In this document: positions 23,136 through 30,982 of the stretch, in pieces
Position numbering within the stretch: the first letter of the stretch is position 1
How the letters are laid out: each line of letters begins with the position of its first letter
Position numbers and translations under genes: made by a program
From: an uncultured archaeon
GTDB taxonomy: Archaea > Iainarchaeota > Iainarchaeia > Iainarchaeales > Iainarchaeaceae
DNA: 32,000 nucleotides
Direction of reading: 5' to 3'
NCBI GenBank assembly: GCA_964577555.1
Contig: CAZNZM010000002.1
Span: forward strand, 3,012 to 35,011
Notes under the pieces: model-generated
What the model saw: the letters and a program-made list of their open reading frames with translations, nothing else
What the model was told of the DNA's origin: nothing
Databases searched by the model: none

Positions 23136-25805
23136 CTATTTTTGTGTTAATATTTGTTGATTGTTTTCTGTGAGAAATATTTTGGTTGTTTCCATTAGTA
23201 TGAATCCGATAATTGAGATTGTTATTATTTCCATCCAATTATTTAATGTGATTGGCGTTGTTTCAAAAATTTGTTGTAGTGGTGTTAGATAGATTATTGC
23301 TATTTGTAATATTATTGATGAAGTGATGCCAATTACAAGCCATTTGTTTTCCGTTATTTTTGAAAATCCTTTGAATGGTTGGATTGATCTGCTTCCTATT
23401 GCCGCAAACATTTGGAATATTACAAGGGTTGTGAATGCTATTGTTTTGGCTTTTTGTTCCCCTTCCCAAGCATGTTTTAGAAAAAGTAGAAAACTTCCTA
23501 TCCCCATTGTAATGCCGAATATTATTATTGCGAGTAGCATTTTTCCTTGCAGTGGTTGTTCTTCTTTTTTTATTGGTGGGTTTTTCATTACTTCTTGGCC
23601 TGATTTTTCAAATCCTAATCCTATTGCTGGCAGTCCGTCTGTGAGAAGGTTCATTACAAGTATTTGCAATGGGTTTAATGGTAATGCCGTATTTTTTATC
23701 AAGGCTGCTATTACTATTGTTATTTCTCCAAGGTTGCATGATAAAAGGTATTTTGTGGAGTTCATTATTTTGTAGTATGTGTTTCTGCCTTCTTTTATTC
23801 CGGTTATTATTGTTGTGAAATTGTCGTCTGTTATGGTTGTGGCTGAGACTTCTTTTGCTATGTCTGTTCCTGTTATGCCCATTGATATTCCGACGTCTGC
23901 TTTTTTGAGGGCTGGTGCATCGTTTACGCCGTCTCCGGTCATTATGACTACTTCGCCTTTTTTTTTGAGTGCTTTTATTATTTTGAGTTTTTGTATTGGC
24001 AATGCGCGTGAAATTATTGTTACTTTGTCTATTATTTTTTGCAGGTTGTTTTCGTCAATTTTTTCAAGTTCTTCTCCTGTTAGTACTATGTCTTCTTTTT
24101 TGTAAATTCCTATTTTTTCAGCTATTGCTTTTGCTGTTTCTGAGTGGTCTCCGGTTATCATCATTATTTTTATTCCTGCGTTTTTTGCATTTTCAATTGA
24201 TTCTTTTACTTCTTCTCTTGGAGGGTCAATCATTCCTATTAAACCAACAAAAATCAGGTCTTTTTCTATTTCTTCTATTGTGTATTTTTCTTTCATATTT
24301 TCTTTGTATGCAAAGCCAAGGACTCTTAGGGCGTTTTGCGCGAATTTTGAGTTGGTTTGCAGTATTTTTTTTCTGTCTTCTTCGGTGATTTTTCTTTTTT
24401 TTCCGTTTTTTTCCAAAATTGTTGTGCATTTTTTTAATAGAATGTCTGGGGCTCCTTTTGTGAGGGCTTGTTTTTTTCCTTTGTCGCTTATTATTGTTGT
24501 CATTAGTTTTCTTTCTGGATCAAATGGCAATTCTTTGATTATTTTGATGTTTTTGTCTTCGGTTTTGTATCCTGTTTTTTTTGCAAATACTAGGAGAGCG
24601 GCTTCTGTAGGGTCTCCAATTACTTTCCATTTGTCGTTTTCTTTGAATATTCTTGAATTGTTGCAGAAGGTTGATATTTGAGCCAGCATTTGTATTGCAG
24701 GATTTTTTTTGTCTTTTGTGATTAGTTCTCCTTTTGGTTCGTATCCTGAGCCAGTTATTTCGATTTCTTGGTTTTCAATAAAGATTTTTGTGACTGTCAT
24801 TTCGTTTTTTGTTATTGTGCCTGTTTTGTCAGAGCAGATTATTGTTGCTTGTCCTAAGTTTTGTATTGCGTCAAGTTTTCTGACAATCATTTTGTTTTTT
24901 GCTAGTTCGTTTGCTCCAAGGGAAAGGCTTATTGTTACTACTGCTGGAAGGGAATTTGGTACTGCCGCTACTGCAAGGCTTATTGCAAAGACGAGCATTT
25001 CGTCCGGTTTTAATTTGCTTTGTATTATGCCTAATAAAAAAACTATTCCTATTATTGCTATTACTAATAAGCCTATTTGTTTTGACATTTTTTCAAATTT
25101 TTCTTCTAACGCGGTTTTTTTGATTTCTTGATGCATTATTGTTTCTGCTATTTTTCCAAATTCCGTGTTTTTGCCTGTTGCTGTTGTTATTGCGTTTCCT
25201 TTGCCATAAGTTACTATTGTTCCTGAAAAAGCCATGTTTTCTTGGTCTGCAATAGGGCAGTTTTCTGGCAGTATTTCAGTTATTTTTTTTGAGGGCACTG
25301 ATTCTCCGGTCAGACTTGATTCTTCAATTTGGAGGCTTGTTTCTTCAAAAATTCTGCAATCTGCTGGCACTATGTCTCCTGCTTCAAGAAGTATTATGTC
25401 GCCTGGCACTATTTCTTTTGCGGGTATTTTTTTTTGTTTTCCTTCTCTGATGACTTTTGCTATTGGTGCAAAAAGCCTTTCCAGTTTTTCCATGGATTTT
25501 TCAGCTTTGTATTCTTGGAAAAACCCCAACAAGCCTGAAAGTATTATTATTGTGATTATTGCAGTTGCTTCAAGATAGTCTCCTAATATTATTGAAAAGC
25601 ATGTCGCCAAAAAAAGTAGTAATTGCAGAAAGCCGGTGAATTGCGATGTAAGTATTGTCAGCCATTCTCGTTTTTTTGTTTTTGGGATTTCGTTCAAGCC
25701 GTATTTGTTTATTCTTTTTTTTGCTTCTTCTTCGGAAAGCCCGTTTTTTGAAGATTGGAAGTATTCAAATATTTTGTCAATGCTTGTTGAATGCGGATTT
25801 TTCAT
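23136..25805 (-). CDS. P-type cation-transporting ATPase (P2-type, SERCA/PMR-like architecture)
   Basis: 889 aa. Motifs: TGES, CSDKTGTITKNEM, MITGDH, MTGDGVNDAPALKKADVGISMG. N-terminal cation-ATPase domain GLSEEEAKKRINKYGLNEIP. The TM4 motif reads VPNSLPAV. Confidence 0.9.
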   Translation of the reverse strand: MKNPHSTSIDKIFEYFQSSKNGLSEEEAKKRINKYGLNEIPKTKKREWLTILTSQFTGFLQLLLFLATCFSIILGDYLEATAIITIIILSGLLGFFQEYKAEKSMEKLERLFAPIAKVIREGKQKKIPAKEIVPGDIILLEAGDIVPADCRIFEETSLQIEESSLTGESVPSKKITEILPENCPIADQENMAFSGTIVTYGKGNAITTATGKNTEFGKIAETIMHQEIKKTALEEKFEKMSKQIGLLVIAIIGIVFLLGIIQSKLKPDEMLVFAISLAVAAVPNSLPAVVTISLSLGANELAKNKMIVRKLDAIQNLGQATIICSDKTGTITKNEMTVTKIFIENQEIEITGSGYEPKGELITKDKKNPAIQMLAQISTFCNNSRIFKENDKWKVIGDPTEAALLVFAKKTGYKTEDKNIKIIKELPFDPERKLMTTIISDKGKKQALTKGAPDILLKKCTTILEKNGKKRKITEEDRKKILQTNSKFAQNALRVLGFAYKENMKEKYTIEEIEKDLIFVGLIGMIDPPREEVKESIENAKNAGIKIMMITGDHSETAKAIAEKIGIYKKEDIVLTGEELEKIDENNLQKIIDKVTIISRALPIQKLKIIKALKKKGEVVIMTGDGVNDAPALKKADVGISMGITGTDIAKEVSATTITDDNFTTIITGIKEGRNTYYKIMNSTKYLLSCNLGEITIVIAALIKNTALPLNPLQILVMNLLTDGLPAIGLGFEKSGQEVMKNPPIKKEEQPLQGKMLLAIIIFGITMGIGSFLLFLKHAWEGEQKAKTIAFTTLVIFQMFAAIGSRSIQPFKGFSKITENKWLVIGITSSIILQIAIIYLTPLQQIFETTPITLNNWMEIITISIIGFILMETTKIFLTENNQQILTQK

Positions 25806-25848
25806 TTAACCTAAATAAAAGAAGTTTTGTTAATTAAATATTTCTATT

Positions 25849-26583
25849 TCAAAACGAAAAAATGAATATTAATAGATTGTCTGTGATGTGTGCTATGATT
25901 GACGGTGCAAGGCTTTTTTGTTTGTAACAAATCCAATTAATGAAATATAATGAGCCATACATAATACCTCCTCTAAATGCAGATAATTGATTTATTGGCG
26001 GGTGAATTATTGCAAATAAGAATGCTTGGTCAATTATAATAAGAATGATTAGTAATAAGTGTAATAAGTTTTTTTTGCCGATTTTGATAAAAATGTCTGT
26101 TATTTTTGCGTTGGTCGGTATTTGTTGAATTGTTTCTTCAATTCTTGTTGTTTTATTAATTATTGCAAAACCAATGACTCCGAATATGATCCCTCTGAAT
26201 ATTATTTCTTCGAATATTGGCATCAAGAAAACAACAGTTATTATAATTCCCTGCAAGTTATTTGTTGGCAATTTTATTATTGGATGCTGGAGAATACAGT
26301 ATATTGATATGATGCAATTTATCAATAAATAAATTATCATTCCGGGGTGAAATTTAAATTCTAAAGGTTCGATTATTGTTTTTATTGTTTTTTTGTTTTT
26401 CTGTAAAAATTCTTTTATAGGGTATTTTCCTTTATCTTTATAAAATTCTGTCGCATCAATAATTTTTTTATGAATGATTTTCTTGGTTGTTGGAAAATTG
26501 GCAATTATGTAAATAATTACTATTATAAGCAAAGATATTAAGTCTGGTTTTGGAATGTCTATGTAAATGTAATTTTCAAACAT
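25849..26583 (-). CDS. CPBP-family intramembrane metalloprotease (CAAX protease/Abi type)
   Basis: ORF 25849..26658 trimmed to the ATG at 26583 (MFENYIY), because the first 25 codons overlap the tRNA. Motifs: PIFEEIIFRG, FLFAIIHP, IIAHITDN. Confidence 0.8.
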   Translation of the reverse strand: MFENYIYIDIPKPDLISLLIIVIIYIIANFPTTKKIIHKKIIDATEFYKDKGKYPIKEFLQKNKKTIKTIIEPLEFKFHPGMIIYLLINCIISIYCILQHPIIKLPTNNLQGIIITVVFLMPIFEEIIFRGIIFGVIGFAIINKTTRIEETIQQIPTNAKITDIFIKIGKKNLLHLLLIILIIIDQAFLFAIIHPPINQLSAFRGGIMYGSLYFINWICYKQKSLAPSIIAHITDNLLIFIFSF

Positions 26584-26607
26584 TTTTTTATCACTATTTT
26601 TGGCCGA

Positions 26608-26678
26608 AGCTGGGAGAGGGAGTCGAACCCCCCTAGCCCGCTCTGCAGGCGGGTACATAGCCGCTCTGACATCCCAGC
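26608..26678 (-). tRNA. tRNA-Cys (anticodon GCA), no encoded CCA, weak D-stem
   Basis: Hand fold of the reverse complement: acceptor GCTGGGA/TCCCAGC (7 bp), anticodon stem CCCGC/GCGGG with loop CTGCAGA, T-arm GGGGG-TTCGACT-CCCTC, discriminator T73 (a tRNA-Cys identity element). D-stem TCAG/ATGT gives only 2 Watson-Crick pairs. Confidence 0.7.
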
Positions 26679-26749
26679 TGTTGTTTTTTTTGTTTTAAGA
26701 AGAAGTGTTGAGAAAGGATTAAAAGCAGTCGTGTGTTTTTGTGTTTTGA

Positions 26750-26850
26750 TTTTTTTGTTTTTTTTAGCCATTTTAGGTTTTTTTTTATTTCGTTTTGTTT
26801 TTGGTTATATTTTTTTGCCGAGTTTTTTTGAATTTTACTTTTTTTAGTTT
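26750..26850 (+). repeat. T-tract/GYRAGCY intergenic array (short, degenerate)
   Basis: TTTTTAGCCATTTTAGG (26761) and TTTTTTGCCGAGTTTTTTTG (26811), located between the H+-PPase 3' end and the tRNA. Confidence 0.55.
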
Positions 26851-28890
26851 TTATAAAAAGAGTGGTGCTAGTACAAGTGTGATTGTTGCTAATAGTTTTA
26901 TTAGTACGTGTAGTGATGGTCCCGCGGTGTCTTTGAATGGGTCTCCTATTGTGTCTCCGATTACTGCTGCTTTGTGCGTTTCGCTTCCTTTTCCGCCTTC
27001 ATACCCTTCTTCTATGAATTTTTTTGCGTTGTCCCATGCTCCGCCTGCGTTGTTGAGGAATGTTGCGAATAGTATTCCTGTTATTGTTCCTACCATTAGC
27101 ATTGCTGCTACGGCTTCGTATTTTAATGCAAGTCCTATTACTAATGGGAATATTACTGCTAGTGCTCCTGGTATTATCATGTTTTTTAGTGCTCCTTGTG
27201 TTGTTATGTCCACGCATTTTGCGTAGTCTGGTTTTTTCTTGCCGTTCATTATGTCTTTGTCTTTGAATTGTCTTCTTACTTCTTCAATTATGTATGTTGC
27301 GGTTTTGCTTACTCCTCTGATTGCTCTTGATGTGAATAGAAGTACTAGTAGTGCTCCCATTGCTGCTCCTACGAATACTTCTACTTTGGCTATGTTGACT
27401 ACTTCAAATGTGTTTTTCGATAGGTGTGTTATTTCGCTCATGTATGCTGAAAATAGGAGGAATGCTGCAAGTGATGCGCTTCCTATGGCGTATCCTTTTG
27501 TGAGTGCTTTTGTCGTGTTGCCTACTGAGTCTAGTTTGTCAAGTCTTGTTCTTGTTTCTTTTTTTTCTCCTGAGAATTCTGCTATTCCTGCTGCGTTGTC
27601 TGTTATTGGTCCGAACATGTCCATTGCTAGTACGTATGTTGCTGTCATTAGCATTCCTATTGTTGCTATTGCTGTGCCGAATAATCCGCCGTTTTCGATG
27701 CCTGTTTGTTCGCCAAAGTTGTATGCCATTAGTAGTGCTATTGAAATTGTTATGAGTGTTGGGCCTGTTGATTCTAATGCTAATGCAAATCCTGATAGGA
27801 AGTTTGTTGCGGCTCCTGTTCTTGATCCTTCAACTATTCTTTTTACTGGTCTGTGTTTGTGTTCGGTGTAGTGTTCTGTTATGAAGACGAATATTATTGA
27901 AGTGGCTATTCCTATCATGCCTGCTCCAAAAAACCATATGTTGTTGAATAACCAGTCTGTTGCGAAGTAAAGGAAAATAGAGGATAGTATTGCTGTTAGC
28001 CAGTATCCTCTGTTCATTGCTTCCATTGGGCTTTCTTTTTCGTTGAGTTTGACATACATTATTCCTGCTATTGATGCTATTATTCCTAATGCACTGGCGA
28101 GTAGCGGGAATACTACTCCGTTTTGTCCGAATATTGGGAATAGTGCTACTCCAAGTATCATTGCTCCTATGTTTTCTCCTGCTGTGCTTTCAAATAAGTC
28201 TGCTCCTCTTCCTGCGCAATCGCCTACGTTGTCTCCAACCAAATCTGCTATTACTGCTGGGTTTCTTGGGTCGTCTTCAGGTATGTTTGCTTCTACTTTT
28301 CCGACTAAGTCTGCTCCTACGTCTGCCGCTTTTGTGTATATTCCTCCGCCTAGTTGTGCAAATAGCGCCACAAATGATGCTCCAAATGCATATCCAACTA
28401 TTATGAAGGGTGTTTGTTCCGGGTTAGATCCAAATAGAATGTATGTTATTGAAACGCCAAGCAATGACATTGAAACTAGTAAAATTCCTGCTACTGCGCC
28501 TCCTTTGAATGCTATGTCAAATGCTGTGGCGAGTGATGTTTTTGCTCCTGCTGCTGTTCTTGAATTGGTGTTGACCGCCATTAGCATTGAAAGTATGCCT
28601 GCCAGTGCGCTGAGTGTTGCTCCTATTAAGAATGAAATTGATGTTGTCAGGGATTTTTCATGGGAGAAGAATTGGAATATTATGTAAAGTGCTGTTGCCA
28701 CTATTATTGCAAAAATTGCTATTGTTTTTGTTTGTCTTTTCATGTATGCGGCTGCTCCTTCCCTTATGTATTCGGCTACTTCAATCATTTTTTCTGTGCC
28801 TTCTTCTTTTTTGAAGACGTAAATTGCCAGCAATGCCGAAATAACTAAAGTGATTATGCTTATTATGAAAACAATTAGTATTGGATCCAT
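26851..28890 (-). CDS. hppA: Membrane-bound proton-translocating pyrophosphatase (H+-PPase)
   Basis: 679 aa. Motifs: GGGIYTKAADVGADLVGKVE, DNVGDCAGRGADLFES, AGGAWDNAKK, GDTIGDPFKDTAGPSL, GNTTKALTKG. GAGG lies 8 nt upstream (plus-strand CCTC at 28900-28903). Confidence 0.95.
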   Translation of the reverse strand: MDPILIVFIISIITLVISALLAIYVFKKEEGTEKMIEVAEYIREGAAAYMKRQTKTIAIFAIIVATALYIIFQFFSHEKSLTTSISFLIGATLSALAGILSMLMAVNTNSRTAAGAKTSLATAFDIAFKGGAVAGILLVSMSLLGVSITYILFGSNPEQTPFIIVGYAFGASFVALFAQLGGGIYTKAADVGADLVGKVEANIPEDDPRNPAVIADLVGDNVGDCAGRGADLFESTAGENIGAMILGVALFPIFGQNGVVFPLLASALGIIASIAGIMYVKLNEKESPMEAMNRGYWLTAILSSIFLYFATDWLFNNIWFFGAGMIGIATSIIFVFITEHYTEHKHRPVKRIVEGSRTGAATNFLSGFALALESTGPTLITISIALLMAYNFGEQTGIENGGLFGTAIATIGMLMTATYVLAMDMFGPITDNAAGIAEFSGEKKETRTRLDKLDSVGNTTKALTKGYAIGSASLAAFLLFSAYMSEITHLSKNTFEVVNIAKVEVFVGAAMGALLVLLFTSRAIRGVSKTATYIIEEVRRQFKDKDIMNGKKKPDYAKCVDITTQGALKNMIIPGALAVIFPLVIGLALKYEAVAAMLMVGTITGILFATFLNNAGGAWDNAKKFIEEGYEGGKGSETHKAAVIGDTIGDPFKDTAGPSLHVLIKLLATITLVLAPLFL

Positions 28891-28984
28891 TAGGAATTCC
28901 TCGTTTTTCTTTTGTTTTGGCTTTGTATAAAGTAATTTGGCTAACCCTTATAAAACCTTCTTTTTTGGCCGTTGCGTTACTATT

Positions 28985-29075
28985 GTTTTATGTTTTTTGC
29001 AAAGTTTTTTTTCGTTTTTTTTTGTTAGAAAACTTTTTTTTATTTCAACTCATTTAAAAAAATAAGAAATTTTTT
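28985..29075 (+). repeat. T-tract-rich spacer with degenerate cores
   Basis: TTTTTTGCAAAGTTTTTTTTCGTTTTTTTTTGTTAGAAAACTTTTTTTTTA, lying between divergent gene starts. Cores are weaker than elsewhere. Confidence 0.4.
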
Positions 29076-29135
29076 TTGTCTTTTTTTTGGCTCGTTAATG
29101 TGCTTGTTTTAATATTTTGTTGTTTTTATTTTGTT

Positions 29136-29654
29136 ATGCAGAAACCTATTTTTTCTATTGTGGCTGTTTTGTCTTTGGATGGAAGGATTGCGCGTGATTC
29201 TAAGCATTTTACTGGTTGGTCTTCAAGAGAGGATAAAGAATTTTTGCATTCTTTTCTTGACAATTCGGATGTAGTGGTTGTTGGCAGGAATACTTGGGTT
29301 GCTGCGAGGCATCGTCTTTCAAAGCGTAATTGTGTTGTTTTTACTTCAAAAGTTGATGGTGTTGTTGTCAAAGGTGAAAATCTTGTTTTTTTCAATCCTC
29401 GTAAATCTGATTTTTTTGATTTTGTTTCCAAATCAGGTTTTGTCAAAGTGGCTGTGCTTGGCGGTTCAATGGTTTTTTCTTATTTTTTGGATAATGGTTT
29501 GGTTGATAATATTTATTTGACTGTTGAGCCATTGGTTTTTGGTTCTGGTTTGTGTTTGTTTGATTCCAAGTTTGAGATTAGAAAATTCAATTTGGTTTCT
29601 TTCAAGAGGTTGAATTCTAATGGGTCGTTGCTTTTGCATTACTCAAGGCAATAA
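29136..29654 (+). CDS. RibD C-terminal domain / dihydrofolate-reductase-like reductase
   Basis: ORF 29076..29654 trimmed to the ATG at 29136 (MQKPIFSIVAVLSLDGRIA). Motifs: VVVGRNTW and GGSMVFSYFLDNGLVDNIYLTVEPLVFGSG. Confidence 0.7.
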   Translation: MQKPIFSIVAVLSLDGRIARDSKHFTGWSSREDKEFLHSFLDNSDVVVVGRNTWVAARHRLSKRNCVVFTSKVDGVVVKGENLVFFNPRKSDFFDFVSKSGFVKVAVLGGSMVFSYFLDNGLVDNIYLTVEPLVFGSGLCLFDSKFEIRKFNLVSFKRLNSNGSLLLHYSRQ

Positions 29655-29691
29655 AATATAATAAAATATTTTTGTGGCAATTGTTTTTTTT

Positions 29692-30339
29692 ATGGTTGGG
29701 CTTGAAGCGGTTTTTTTTGATTTTGATGGCGTGATTGTTGATACTATGCGTTTGCATTCGATTGCAACTGATTTGGTTTTTAAGGATCTTGGCGTGGCTT
29801 TTCCGCGTGATAAGTTTAATGGAATGAGTTCTATGAGAACTTATGATGTTTATAAGGCTGTGTTGCCTGATTTTTCTGAAAGCGAATTGCGTTTGCTTGA
29901 GGCAAAAAAATATTCTAAGTTGAAGGAGTTGTCAAATTCCGTGGTTGTTTATCCGGGTTTTTTGGAATTTTTGTCAAAGCTTTCAGGGTTTAAAATTGGC
30001 GTTGTTTCAAATTCGAGGCGTGATTTTATTAATTGGGTTCTTGGAAGGGTTTGCAATAATTGTAAGTTTGATGTTGTTGTTTCGGCTGATGATGTTGTAA
30101 ATGGCAAGCCTGATCCTGAGTGTTATTTGAAGGCGGCTTCTATTTTTGGTGTCAAGCCTGAAAATTGTGTGGTTATTGAGGATTCTGTTGCCGGCGTGCT
30201 TGCTGGAAAGTCTGCCGGCATGAAGGTTGTGGCTCTTACTCATACTCATGACAGGATTTTTTTGTTGGATGCCGATCTTGTTGTTGATTCTTTTAAAGAG
30301 CTTTCAGTTGAAAAGTTGAGGGGGCTTTTTGTTGCTTGA
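29692..30339 (+). CDS. HAD-IA family hydrolase (paralog A)
   Basis: Trimmed to the ATG at 29692 (MVGLEAVFFDFDGVIVDT). Motifs: VVSNS, GKPDPECYLKAA, IEDSVAGVLAGKSAGMKVV. Confidence 0.8.
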   Translation: MVGLEAVFFDFDGVIVDTMRLHSIATDLVFKDLGVAFPRDKFNGMSSMRTYDVYKAVLPDFSESELRLLEAKKYSKLKELSNSVVVYPGFLEFLSKLSGFKIGVVSNSRRDFINWVLGRVCNNCKFDVVVSADDVVNGKPDPECYLKAASIFGVKPENCVVIEDSVAGVLAGKSAGMKVVALTHTHDRIFLLDADLVVDSFKELSVEKLRGLFVA

Positions 30340-30982
30340 AGCCGTGATTTTTGATTTTGATGGCGTGATTGTTGATACTCCTGGAATTTATTTTAAGCAT
30401 ATGAAGAAATTGTTGCAAAAGTATCATGCTGATATTTCCAATGAGGATGTTTCAAATCTTGTTGGCAGGCATTTTGAAGAGGAATTGGATTATATAAATA
30501 AAAAATATGGTTTGAATATTTCGCTTTATGAGTTTGTGGCTGAAACAATAAATTCTGCAAAGGAAGACTTTGCAAAGCTTGTGCTTGATCCTTGTCTTAA
30601 AAATTTGCTTGTTGAGCTTTCACAGTTTGGTGTCAAGTTGGCAATTGCTTCAAATGGGCCTAAAAGCAATATAGATTTTATTGTTTCGCGTTTGGGTGTT
30701 GGAAAGTATTTTTCTGTAATAATTTCAGGCGATGATGTTGAAAATTATAAGCCTTTTCCTGATGTTTATCTTGCCGCTGTTGAAAGGCTTGGCGTGTCTA
30801 AGAGAAATTGTGTTGCTGTTGAGGATACTTTGATTGGCTTGAAGTCTGCTCAATCTGCGGGTTTGAAGGTGGTGGTTATTCCAAATGAGTTTACTGTTTT
30901 TTCGGATTTTTCTGGAGCCAGTCTTGTTGCCAAAGGTTTTAATGGTTTAACTTATAAGGTTCTTAATGGGCTGGTGGAATGA
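30329..30982 (+). CDS. HAD-IA family hydrolase (paralog B), apparent TTG start
   Basis: LLEAVIFDFDGVIVDT, IASNG, YKPFPDVYLAA, VEDTLIGLKSAQSAGLKVV. There is no in-frame ATG before motif I. It overlaps the upstream stop by 11 nt. Confidence 0.8.
   Translation: MLLEAVIFDFDGVIVDTPGIYFKHMKKLLQKYHADISNEDVSNLVGRHFEEELDYINKKYGLNISLYEFVAETINSAKEDFAKLVLDPCLKNLLVELSQFGVKLAIASNGPKSNIDFIVSRLGVGKYFSVIISGDDVENYKPFPDVYLAAVERLGVSKRNCVAVEDTLIGLKSAQSAGLKVVVIPNEFTVFSDFSGASLVAKGFNGLTYKVLNGLVE

Noticed and set aside
26601-26607. The CCA within TCGGCCA just 3' of the tRNA, considered as an encoded CCA end.
   Set aside because: It is separated from the U73 discriminator by four extra nucleotides, so it is not a genomically encoded CCA tail.
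26584-26658. The N-terminal 25 codons of ORF 25849..26658 (MYPPAERARGVRLPLPASAKNSDKK).
   Set aside because: This stretch is the reverse complement of the tRNA-Cys gene. An internal ATG at 26583 gives a normal CPBP N-terminus.
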